Shown here: positions 36,509 to 43,582 of the stretch, one piece after another
How positions within the stretch are numbered: the stretch's first letter is position 1
How the letters are laid out: the number at the start of each line of letters is the position of its first letter
DNA from: Thermoplasmatota archaeon
GTDB taxonomy: Archaea > Thermoplasmatota > E2 > JACPAO01 > JAHFTW01
Direction: 5' to 3'
DNA: 43,582 nt
Assembly: GCA_049619235.1 (NCBI GenBank)
Contig: JBMZMP010000002.1
Span: 1-43,582, forward strand
The notes under the pieces: generated by a model
What the model was told of the DNA's origin: nothing
Databases searched by the model: none
Seen by the model: only the letters and a program-made list of their open reading frames with translations
Position numbers and translations under genes: made by a program

Positions 36509-37399
36509 ATGGCCGAATTGGAAACGTCCGTCGTCACGGATGTGATTCTCCCGATTGCACTCGCGATTTTGATGTTCGGAATGGGGCTTTCAACGCCCCC
36601 GCGGCGCTTCGTGGAGGCGGCACAGAAACCGCAGGGATTGTTGATTGGCCTCGCGGGGCAATTGCTGGCCCTTCCCTTGCTCGCGGTGTTGACGGTGGTG
36701 CTGTTTCACAACCACGTGGACCGAGACATCGCCATCGGCATCCTGCTCCTGGGGGCGCTCCCCGGCGGTAGCACCAGCAACGTCTTGTCCCACATTTGCC
36801 GGGGCGACACGGCACTCAGCATCATCCTCACCACCATCACGAGCGTCCTGGCGCTTCTGACCACGCCGCTCCTGTTGCTTGGCACGACCCGGTTCCTGTA
36901 CGGAGACGGCATCGACGCCTCGCTCCCCTTTGAAGACGTGTTGGGCCTCGTTCTGGTCATCATCACCATCCCGGTCCTGCTGGGCCTGCTCGTTGCGAGG
37001 TGGAAGCCCAAGTTTGCAGCGGCCAGCGACAAGCCGTTTCGCATCGCCGGCATCGTGGTCCTCGCCATCGTGGTTGCAGGCGCCATTTACGGCAACCGAG
37101 AAGGATTCTGGGACAAAGCGTGGCAAAGCGTCCCCGCAGCCCTGGTCTTGAATCTGCTTGCGTTGACCGCCGGGTTCGGCCTCGGGTCCCTCGTGGACTC
37201 CGTGCAACGGCGCAGCATCACCATCGAAGTGGGTTTCCAAAACGGCACCCTCGGCATCTTGATTGCCACCACGCAACTGGATTCCGCATCGGCCGCGCTG
37301 GTGCCCGCGTTCTACTCCCTCGTCATGTTCCTGACCGGTGGCGCGTTGGCAGTTGCGTGGGGCCGCAAGCCCAAGGAAACCGACCCGGCGACCGCGTAG
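36509..37399 (+). CDS. Bile acid:sodium symporter (BASS) family transporter
   Basis: ILMFGMGLS, GALPGGSTSNV and about 9 TM segments. Confidence 0.9.
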   Translation: MAELETSVVTDVILPIALAILMFGMGLSTPPRRFVEAAQKPQGLLIGLAGQLLALPLLAVLTVVLFHNHVDRDIAIGILLLGALPGGSTSNVLSHICRGDTALSIILTTITSVLALLTTPLLLLGTTRFLYGDGIDASLPFEDVLGLVLVIITIPVLLGLLVARWKPKFAAASDKPFRIAGIVVLAIVVAGAIYGNREGFWDKAWQSVPAALVLNLLALTAGFGLGSLVDSVQRRSITIEVGFQNGTLGILIATTQLDSASAALVPAFYSLVMFLTGGALAVAWGRKPKETDPATA

Positions 37400-37442
37400 G
37401 CGCCGGCACACGGTTTATCCATGGACCGTCGGTTGAAAACGC

Positions 37443-38738
37443 ATGGTCAAATTCCTCTTCGTTTCCCTGGACGTCAGCCTCATCGGGGACATCGCTTGGC
37501 GCGTGGCCGAGGAAGGCCACGACGTGCGGTACTTCATCGGCGCCGAAGGGGACAAGGAAATCGCTGATGGGTTCGTCACCAAGACCGACGACTGGAAAGC
37601 AGACACGGACTGGGCGGACGTCATCGTCTTCGACGACATCTGGGTCGGCTCCAAGATCGGTGTCGGGAAAATCGCGAACGAACTCCGCGCCAAGGGCAAA
37701 GCCGTCGTCGCAGGCACCCCGGAAACGGACCTCCTCGAAGACGACCGCGGGTTTGCCATGGAAATCCTCGAAAAACACGGCGTGAAGACCACGCGCCACA
37801 GAGTGTTCACGGACTTCGACGAAGCCATCGCGCAAGTGGAGAAAGACCGCTGCGCCTACGTCATCAAACCACTCGGGGAAGTCCAAAACATCAAGCGACT
37901 GCTCTATGTTGGTCACCGGCCCGACGGCGGCGACGTCATCGAGGTGCTGCAGGCGTACAAGAAAGCCTGGGGCCACCGCATGAAAGGATTCCAACTCCAA
38001 AAGAAACTGCACGGCGTCGAAGTGGCCGTTTGTGGTTTCTTCAACGGCAAGAAATTCATTGAACCCATCAACATCAACTTCGAGCACAAGAAACTCTTCG
38101 ACGGCAACATCGGTCCAAGCACCGGCGAAATGGGCACCAGCATGTTCTGGTCCAAACGCAACAAGTTGTTTGACCAAACCCTTGGAAAACTGGAAGGCTG
38201 GCTCGCCAACACCGGCTACGTCGGCAGCATCGACATCAACTGCATCGTCAACGGCACCGGCATCTACCCACTCGAATTCACGCCCCGCTTCGGCTACCCA
38301 ACCATCATGCTGCAAGCAGCCAGCATGAAAACCCCCATCGGCGACTTCCTCGCGGCCCTCGCCCGCGGCGAAGAGCCCCCCCTGCTCATCAACAAGGGAT
38401 TCCAAGTGGGCGTCCGCATTTGCCTCCCGCCATTCCCGTACAGCGACCCGAAGACCTTCGAAGAAAACAGCCTCAACGCCGCCATCGTGTTCCAAGACGG
38501 CAAAACCGAAGGCGTCCACATCCAGGACGCCAAACGCGTGGACGGCCAATGGCGCGCCCTCGGCGGCGTCGTGCTGTTCGTCACCGGCCAAGGCACCACC
38601 ATGCAAGAAGCCCGCCAACAAGCCTACCGCCGCGTCAAGAACATCATCATCCCCAACATGTACTACCGCACCGACATCGGCCAACGCTGGATTGACGGAG
38701 ATGGAGACCGGTTGCTCAGTTGGGGATACTTGACGTAA
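37443..38738 (+). CDS. PurD-like ATP-grasp enzyme (phosphoribosylamine-glycine ligase family, divergent)
   Basis: ATP-grasp core (YVIKPLGE..., IYPLEFTPRFGYP) and a PurD-like C-domain (GQGTTMQEARQQAYRRVKNIIIPNMYYRTDIG). It lacks the canonical GGREHA N-terminal motif. Confidence 0.72.
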   Translation: MVKFLFVSLDVSLIGDIAWRVAEEGHDVRYFIGAEGDKEIADGFVTKTDDWKADTDWADVIVFDDIWVGSKIGVGKIANELRAKGKAVVAGTPETDLLEDDRGFAMEILEKHGVKTTRHRVFTDFDEAIAQVEKDRCAYVIKPLGEVQNIKRLLYVGHRPDGGDVIEVLQAYKKAWGHRMKGFQLQKKLHGVEVAVCGFFNGKKFIEPININFEHKKLFDGNIGPSTGEMGTSMFWSKRNKLFDQTLGKLEGWLANTGYVGSIDINCIVNGTGIYPLEFTPRFGYPTIMLQAASMKTPIGDFLAALARGEEPPLLINKGFQVGVRICLPPFPYSDPKTFEENSLNAAIVFQDGKTEGVHIQDAKRVDGQWRALGGVVLFVTGQGTTMQEARQQAYRRVKNIIIPNMYYRTDIGQRWIDGDGDRLLSWGYLT

Positions 38739-39020
38739 TCAGTCCAAATCGGCAACCCAGCCGTAGCCATCGCGCCGGTGGAAAACCCGCAACACGACCA
38801 CGTCTGTGTCAATCGTGTAGGCAATCCTCCATGCGCCGACGCGAACCCGATACACCGGTTGCCCAGGCCCCGCTTCCAGTTTCTTGAAGTCTAGTTTCCC
38901 CTCCCGGTTCATCGGGTCCTTTCCGATTTGTTGCAGCGCGCCCCGGAGTTCCTTCTTGGGTTTGGGCGCCATCGAGCGCACGACCGGAGCAGCGTGTTGC
39001 GCATCAAGAAGGACCTTCAC
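38739..39020 (-). CDS. Type II toxin, RelE/ParE family
   Basis: YRVRVGAWRIAYTIDTDVVVLRVFHRRDGY is a classic RelE/ParE core. GTGA overlap with the antitoxin gene. Confidence 0.85.
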   Translation of the reverse strand: MKVLLDAQHAAPVVRSMAPKPKKELRGALQQIGKDPMNREGKLDFKKLEAGPGQPVYRVRVGAWRIAYTIDTDVVVLRVFHRRDGYGWVADLD

Positions 39021-39235
39021 AAGTCTTCGAGTGCCACGTAGGACTCGCGCGGGGTTGTGAGGTACTGCTGACGCAGTTCCTCGACGAATGACTCTCGCTG
39101 CACGCGGTCCATCAATGCAGTCAGGATTTGTTCATGGCTCATCCCGGCGTGGCCGAAGGTTTTGAGCCGGTCGCGAACCGCGGGGTCCACGGAAATCGTT
39201 GACTTCATGCGCAACCATGTGCGTTCATGTGGCAT
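39017..39235 (-). CDS. Putative antitoxin
   Basis: Small ORF immediately upstream of and overlapping the toxin gene. MKSTISVDPAVRDRLKTFG resembles archaeal VapB-like antitoxin N-termini. The true start may be ATG at 39208. Confidence 0.65.
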   Translation of the reverse strand: MPHERTWLRMKSTISVDPAVRDRLKTFGHAGMSHEQILTALMDRVQRESFVEELRQQYLTTPRESYVALEDL

Positions 39236-39330
39236 AATGGTTGTGGCTCCTGGTTCTCACGGGACTTGTAAGGCAGTGAAAGGCCAAGTTGGCTTTGGAG
39301 AGGTGCAAAAAACTACTCGGAACCTGTTCG

Positions 39331-39582
39331 CTAGCCAAGCCTTCGACCCGTTTTCGCTTCATGGCACAGTTTGCATAGCGTCCATAAATTACTCCACGTG
39401 TTTTCCCCTTTTCTTGACAACGGCGCAATGTGGTCAACCTGCAAATGCGTCGTTGATGCGCAAATCACACATTTTTCTCCGTCTCGCTCAATGACGGCCT
39501 CTCGCATCCAGCTCCATTCCCGACTTCTTGGCGAGCCCCCAGGGTACAAACCATCGTGTACCGCCCAATAATCCGCTTGCAA
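39331..39582 (-). CDS. HNH endonuclease (possibly N-terminally truncated or degraded)
   Basis: RDGEKCVIC...LQVDHIAPLSRKG...NLWTLCKLCHEAK. The listed start is TTG. The same frame stays open upstream through 39780 (into the DoxX coding region) with no ATG, GTG or TTG. Confidence 0.65.
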   Translation of the reverse strand: MQADYWAVHDGLYPGGSPRSREWSWMREAVIERDGEKCVICASTTHLQVDHIAPLSRKGENTWSNLWTLCKLCHEAKTGRRLG

Positions 39583-39769
39583 ATCTTTGATGGCACGCCC
39601 TTTGGAGCCTCGAGACCCAAGCTCAATGAGCCGTAGCTCCGACCTGCGAATTTTCCCTGCCTTCGTTTCACTAGACCAACGGTGCGCAGATATTTCGCCA
39701 AGGCCGGCTAGGAAATCTCGTCGTGGGTCTGGTTTGCAATCTGCGCAACGCGTGAAAACTTGGCCATGC

Positions 39770-40168
39770 TCACAGATGGTCGTTCGAACCCCTCCACTCC
39801 TTCCACGCCCCCGTACTCCACAACGCCCACGCCACGAGCACCGGCTGGAAGAACAACCGAATCAACCGCTTGCCGTCCGTGTCCAGTCCGAATGCGTCCA
39901 CGCCGTCAATGTATTGCCACACATTCCCCGGAAAAATGACCACGAAGAACGCCGCCGTGATCCAACCCATTTGCACCTCGTTCCTTGGCAGGAACAGGAG
40001 TGTGCCAAGGAGAAGTTCGACGATGCCAGATAGCACGACGACGAGGTCCGCGTCCAGGGGAGACCAAGAGGGGACTTGGGCTTGGAACTCTGCGCGGGCG
40101 TGGGTCAAGTGGGCCGTACCGGCGTAGAAGAGGAAGGAGGCGAGGAGGAGTTTGGCTGCTGTTTTCAT
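39770..40168 (-). CDS. DoxX family membrane protein
   Basis: MKTAAKLLLASFLFYAGTAHL and four TM segments. The ATG lies 5 nt after the P450 stop. Confidence 0.8.
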   Translation of the reverse strand: MKTAAKLLLASFLFYAGTAHLTHARAEFQAQVPSWSPLDADLVVVLSGIVELLLGTLLFLPRNEVQMGWITAAFFVVIFPGNVWQYIDGVDAFGLDTDGKRLIRLFFQPVLVAWALWSTGAWKEWRGSNDHL

Positions 40169-40173
40169 CGCAG

Positions 40174-41598
40174 TTACCTCCGTTTCACCCAAATCGTGGT
40201 TGCATCCGCTGGCTTTGTCGAGACTCCCGCCACCGCTTCCGCGGGAGGCTTCGTGCTCCAGAATCGAAAGAGCTTCACCATGCCTCCAACGAGGAGTCCC
40301 ACCTCAAGCATGCCGAGGAATTTCCCGGGGCAAACGCGCGCGCCATGGCCAAATCCGAAGTGAAGGGCTTCGTTTGTGAGACCTTCTTCCTTGATGAACT
40401 GCCATCGTGCGGGTTCGAATTCAATGGCCGGATGGCCGGTCTTGTCCACGCCCCAGAACTCTTCGCATCGGTTTGCATGCCACACATCAAGAACAACGTG
40501 CGTCCCCTTTGGAATCTTGAGCGTTCGAGATTCGCCGGCAGTGACCACCGTGTCCGCCGTGGCAAGCCGCGGAAGAAAATACAGGGCCGGTGTGAGCCGC
40601 AACGTTTCCTGAATGGCCGCGTTGAGCATGGGGCATTTTTCCAGATTGTCTGGGTTGTACACATCAAGTTCACTCACTTCATCATGAATGGCTGCTTGTA
40701 GGTCAGGGCGATGGGCGAGGTGTGAGATGGTCCAAGCGGCAAGCGATGTGGTGGCTTCCAGGGCCCCGGCCAAGAAGACGCGGAGGTTGGGTCGAAGGTC
40801 TTCGTCAGGCACATCGACGTTGAACTTCTTCCACGCGCCTTGCCCAGTCTTTCGGCCTTCTAGCGCGTGGTCCACAAGGGCCTCAAAATCCGCCTTCCAG
40901 CGTTTTGTTTCCGAGCCCCCGCGAGAGAGCGGGTTCACGGTTTCGCGAACCATGTTTTTGATGAGCTTTTCCAGCGATGGAACGAAGCGAGTACGGACCT
41001 CCTCGTAACTGACTTGGCCCCCGAAGAAATTGTTCACAAGCATCTCGAGCATCAAGGCGCTGATTTCGGGTTCAAGCGCAATCTCCAACCCATCCGGGTG
41101 CACCGATCTGTGCCGGGCGCCGAATGCATCCAGCCGCTCGCCTACGGTTTTCCGAAATGTTCTTTCGAATTCGCCAAAGATTTCTGGTTGGAACAAAGCC
41201 GACGCTGCAAACGGTCGAGCCGCGAGGCGTTTGTGATTTCGCCATGCAGTCCGGTTGAGGTACAACATGGTCTGCGCCCCCGTGGCTCGAGCAATGCCAC
41301 TGGTTGGCCATGTGTCTCGGTCAAATTGCCCCGGCTTGGCCCCCGAATCAAGAAGGACTGCCTTGATGATGCTAGGGTCGCGAGTGATGAGCGCAAGCCC
41401 CATGGATGGTACCTTTGCGTAGCGGTTGTGCTTTGCATCCGACTCTTCTTTGTCCGCACCCCAGAAGACTGCGTCGAGGATTCTTAGCGGCTTGCGGTAA
41501 TTCCAAAGGTGCGGAAATGGCAAACCATGTGGCGTCCGCCGGAGCAAGCGAAAACGGCTTGTCTGGATGTTCCCTCCGAACGGTGAACGCTTCGGCAT
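40174..41598 (-). CDS. Cytochrome P450
   Basis: Heme-binding loop FGFGHGARVCPG, ExxR (QETLRL), and I-helix AGALEATTS. Confidence 0.93.
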   Translation of the reverse strand: MPKRSPFGGNIQTSRFRLLRRTPHGLPFPHLWNYRKPLRILDAVFWGADKEESDAKHNRYAKVPSMGLALITRDPSIIKAVLLDSGAKPGQFDRDTWPTSGIARATGAQTMLYLNRTAWRNHKRLAARPFAASALFQPEIFGEFERTFRKTVGERLDAFGARHRSVHPDGLEIALEPEISALMLEMLVNNFFGGQVSYEEVRTRFVPSLEKLIKNMVRETVNPLSRGGSETKRWKADFEALVDHALEGRKTGQGAWKKFNVDVPDEDLRPNLRVFLAGALEATTSLAAWTISHLAHRPDLQAAIHDEVSELDVYNPDNLEKCPMLNAAIQETLRLTPALYFLPRLATADTVVTAGESRTLKIPKGTHVVLDVWHANRCEEFWGVDKTGHPAIEFEPARWQFIKEEGLTNEALHFGFGHGARVCPGKFLGMLEVGLLVGGMVKLFRFWSTKPPAEAVAGVSTKPADATTIWVKRR

Positions 41599-41620
41599 TG
41601 GTAATTGACCGAAGACAGCG

Positions 41621-41628
41621 TATTAAAG
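41621..41628 (-). promoter_or_regulatory. TATA-like box (CTTTAATA on the minus strand) upstream of the P450 gene
   Basis: Centred about 26 nt upstream of ATG 41598. Confidence 0.4.
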
Positions 41629-41692
41629 CACGATTTTTCGCCAGGGGCCAGGGAGTGCTGCACGGCCGAACATGAGCAGCCGAAGCCAGATG

Positions 41693-42319
41693 TTAGGCGA
41701 TCGAGCCGGAGGTTGGCGGGCCAATGTTTGACTGATGCAACCAAAATTTGCTGGTGGCGGAATGGACGAGAAAGAAACACCAAACCATCAGAATCGTGAA
41801 GATGAAGTCAACCCATGCTGATTGTGTGAAGAGGCCGAGAAACACCGGAATCACAATTATGGCAGGCAAAAAAATGCGGGGCAGTGGCTGGGCATAGCCT
41901 TGTTCGTCGAGCGGGGACTCAAATTGTCGAAGCTCTAACCAGAGGTACACCGCCCACGCAAGTTGTGCTCCAAGTGCCAAGCCGAAGAGCAAGAGGTCTG
42001 ATCCGAGTTCATCTGCATTCCAATCCGATTGTTTGCCTTTCCAAAGCCCAATCGGCACAGAGGCCAACAAAATCGCCAGCCCTACCAAGTAGATGCCTCC
42101 ATGGTGTTTTTTTCCAGTTTTTTGGTCCATTTCTTGGAAGACGGCCCAGTTGTACCAGAAGAAGTAGATGCCAAGTGTGACAACCCCATAGAAGAACGAC
42201 ATCCCGAAAGACCGCCGTGGCACGAATTTGGCAGTGTCTTCTACGTCGTCACATTCGGGGCACAAGAAACTACCATCGTGCGCCCTCTCCATCATACGTC
42301 CGCAGGTTCGACAATTCAC
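41693..42319 (-). CDS. Membrane protein with an N-terminal zinc ribbon and a DUF4234-like TM region
   Basis: CRTC...CPEC zinc ribbon, then YGVVTLGIYFFWYNW and further TM segments. GTG start. Visibly lower G+C than the upstream genes. Confidence 0.65.
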   Translation of the reverse strand: MNCRTCGRMMERAHDGSFLCPECDDVEDTAKFVPRRSFGMSFFYGVVTLGIYFFWYNWAVFQEMDQKTGKKHHGGIYLVGLAILLASVPIGLWKGKQSDWNADELGSDLLLFGLALGAQLAWAVYLWLELRQFESPLDEQGYAQPLPRIFLPAIIVIPVFLGLFTQSAWVDFIFTILMVWCFFLVHSATSKFWLHQSNIGPPTSGSIA

Positions 42320-42356
42320 GTGCCATGAATTGCATGATCCGATAAAAGGGCGGGGG

Positions 42357-42455
42357 TTACCGTGCAGTTTGCGATTCTTGCCTAGCGTGGGGGAGGTGGG
42401 CTGTGCCGGCGTAGAAGAGGAAAGAGGCGAGGAGGAGGCAGGCCCCCGTTTTCAC
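42357..42455 (-). pseudogene. 5' fragment (32 codons then TAA) of a second DoxX gene copy
   Basis: Translates to VKTGACLLLASFLFYAGTAHLPHARQESQTAR*, compared with MKTAAKLLLASFLFYAGTAHLTHARAEFQ of the intact DoxX. At the nucleotide level 42385..42455 aligns with 40098..40168 and shares a 34-nt core with a single mismatch (CCGGCGTAGAAGAGGAA[G/A]GAGGCGAGGAGGAG). Confidence 0.6.
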
Positions 42456-42490
42456 AAGAATACCATTTTGATTTTCTAGAAACAGTCAAA

Positions 42491-43582
42491 TTGGCGCGGG
42501 CCTTTTTATTTTCCTTGATTCCTACTGAATTATGGGTTGCGGCGGCTTCTATCAGCGCTGGCTATGGCCTGTCTAGCTGGCGCAATAGATCGATTCCAAG
42601 TTTTTCTCCATGGGGCTTCCATTTCCATTGCTTTGAAGATGATGAAGTAAATCTTGATGAATCTACTCAAGGGCAGGTTCGTAGCTTAATTGCGCTCCCG
42701 CCTGCATGCTTAGATTTGGACAATGTTCGGGAGGTTCGATTTGCATACGAACATGTCGAAAGTATTTGCAAACAATACCCTGTTGTGATTTCAAATCTAA
42801 GCCGCACTAGCAACCTAAATGAAAATGCGAATCGAGCGAAACTGATACGTGAAATTCGTAGATTTAGACGCACGCAAACGATGGACGTTTGCTTGTCATT
42901 CATATATAATGGGGCCATCAGCGCGTCCGACTTCTCAAGTACTGAACCAAAATTAGAATTCGTCGAGCATCATTTCGGTGGAGGGTGCTATATGCTTGAT
43001 TGCGAGACGAGCCTAATTTTCATTGGAAACGAATTTTCTGAGAAACCGTTTCGAAGGGATAAGGTGGCTAGTTTTGTCACCTTGCTGGCTGGCTTGAATG
43101 GCTCTGAATTTGCCGCATTTTCGGCCGATTGTCTGAGAATTGCGAAGGAACAGCTAACAATAGCTAAATCCGTTCGAGATGAGTTAGAGCAGATTGTTGA
43201 GGGACATTCGCGCTGGTTTGGGGGCGTTGCAATCACTAACCTAGGTTCGAGCCCACTAGTAGTTGACAGAAGTAAATGTGAATTGCAGATTTTTGACGAG
43301 AGCCTTTCAGAGGTCAGCCTGGATTGCGAAATATATCCCGCAAGAAAAACCCCTGAGCTGAGGGGATTCCCAACGGCGGGTCCACTTATTGTTGGTCCAC
43401 AGTCCACCGAATATTTTCAGCTAAGGACAAGGCAAATTCAGAAAGAAATTCAGCACGGAGCTCATCTGCGTCAAGCCTTCCGTTCGGGGAGTGCGCAAGC
43501 GAAACTCAAAATTTCATATCACGGAAAGAGCGTCCTCCTAACGTGGACAAAAAAGAGCGCAAAATTTCCATTTAGAGCCTAG
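42491..43582 (+). CDS. Orphan hypothetical protein (363 aa) with an N-terminal hydrophobic anchor, in a low-G+C block
   Basis: Long ORF in an A/T-rich region, where random stop codons are frequent, so it is likely coding. TTG start as listed. No motif recognised. The TAG stop is the last triplet of the window. Confidence 0.55.
   Translation: MARAFLFSLIPTELWVAAASISAGYGLSSWRNRSIPSFSPWGFHFHCFEDDEVNLDESTQGQVRSLIALPPACLDLDNVREVRFAYEHVESICKQYPVVISNLSRTSNLNENANRAKLIREIRRFRRTQTMDVCLSFIYNGAISASDFSSTEPKLEFVEHHFGGGCYMLDCETSLIFIGNEFSEKPFRRDKVASFVTLLAGLNGSEFAAFSADCLRIAKEQLTIAKSVRDELEQIVEGHSRWFGGVAITNLGSSPLVVDRSKCELQIFDESLSEVSLDCEIYPARKTPELRGFPTAGPLIVGPQSTEYFQLRTRQIQKEIQHGAHLRQAFRSGSAQAKLKISYHGKSVLLTWTKKSAKFPFRA

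Noticed and set aside
37323-38684. 453-aa ORF antisense to the PurD-like gene
   Set aside because: Shadow ORF. The sense strand has ATP-grasp and PurD C-domain motifs.
39236-39330. A/T-richer 95-nt spacer, examined for a tRNA or other small RNA. The spacers at 41599-41692 and 42320-42490 were examined in the same way.
   Set aside because: I could not fold a cloverleaf, a T-loop GTTCRANNC-like box or an acceptor-stem pairing by eye. No repeat-spacer periodicity was seen, so no CRISPR or tRNA call. A covariance-model scan (tRNAscan-SE/Infernal) would be needed to exclude ncRNAs.
39465-39701. 78-aa alternative-frame ORF overlapping the HNH gene
   Set aside because: TTG start, no motifs, and it overlaps the HNH catalytic region. 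It is more likely a by-product of, or remnant related to, the HNH frame problem than an independent gene.

Overview
High-G+C (about two thirds G+C in the sample lines I counted by hand) chromosomal segment that looks archaeal. Supporting evidence: a PIN-ATPase-KH protein of the archaeal COG1855 type, an HTH_10 (Bat-like) regulator, halocyanin-like cupredoxin and Rieske proteins, a dolichol-phosphate-sugar-type GT2-GtrA fusion, and A/T-rich TATA-like boxes about 24-28 nt upstream of many start codons, which suggests leaderless mRNAs. The lineage guess (Thermoplasmatota / Marine Group II-like) is inference only.

I support about 58 protein-coding genes and found no tRNA, rRNA or CRISPR array. 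Content by region:
- Core metabolism: the sdhCDAB succinate dehydrogenase operon, pirin, a VOC/glyoxalase, ZIP and EamA transporters, a BASS symporter, a GST-like protein, an FMN reductase, CopA preceded by a Tat-signal Rieske protein, a FAH-family hydrolase, KsgA/RsmA and a PurD-like ATP-grasp enzyme.
- Cell surface: two thrombospondin-type-3-repeat proteins, one of them a metzincin-motif protease, plus several lipobox lipoproteins and a large C-terminally anchored surface protein.
- Small ligand-binding-fold proteins: an unusually dense set (SRPBCC/AHSA1, DUF1801/YdeI, DUF2200, NTF2-like, DoxX), including a nine-gene same-strand array at 30.3-33.9 kb that also holds a 57-aa ORF with a CDCDCCASC tail.
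- Accessory right end (38.7-43.6 kb): a RelE-family toxin/antitoxin pair, an HNH nuclease ORF with no canonical start for its upstream open frame, a P450-DoxX pair, a 5' fragment of a second DoxX copy that marks a rearrangement scar, and a sharp drop in G+C. The low-G+C block carries a Zn-ribbon membrane protein and an orphan 363-aa membrane-anchored ORF whose stop codon is the last triplet of the window. This block is my best candidate for something undescribed.

Many gene-length antisense ORFs in the track are GC-bias shadows and were rejected.
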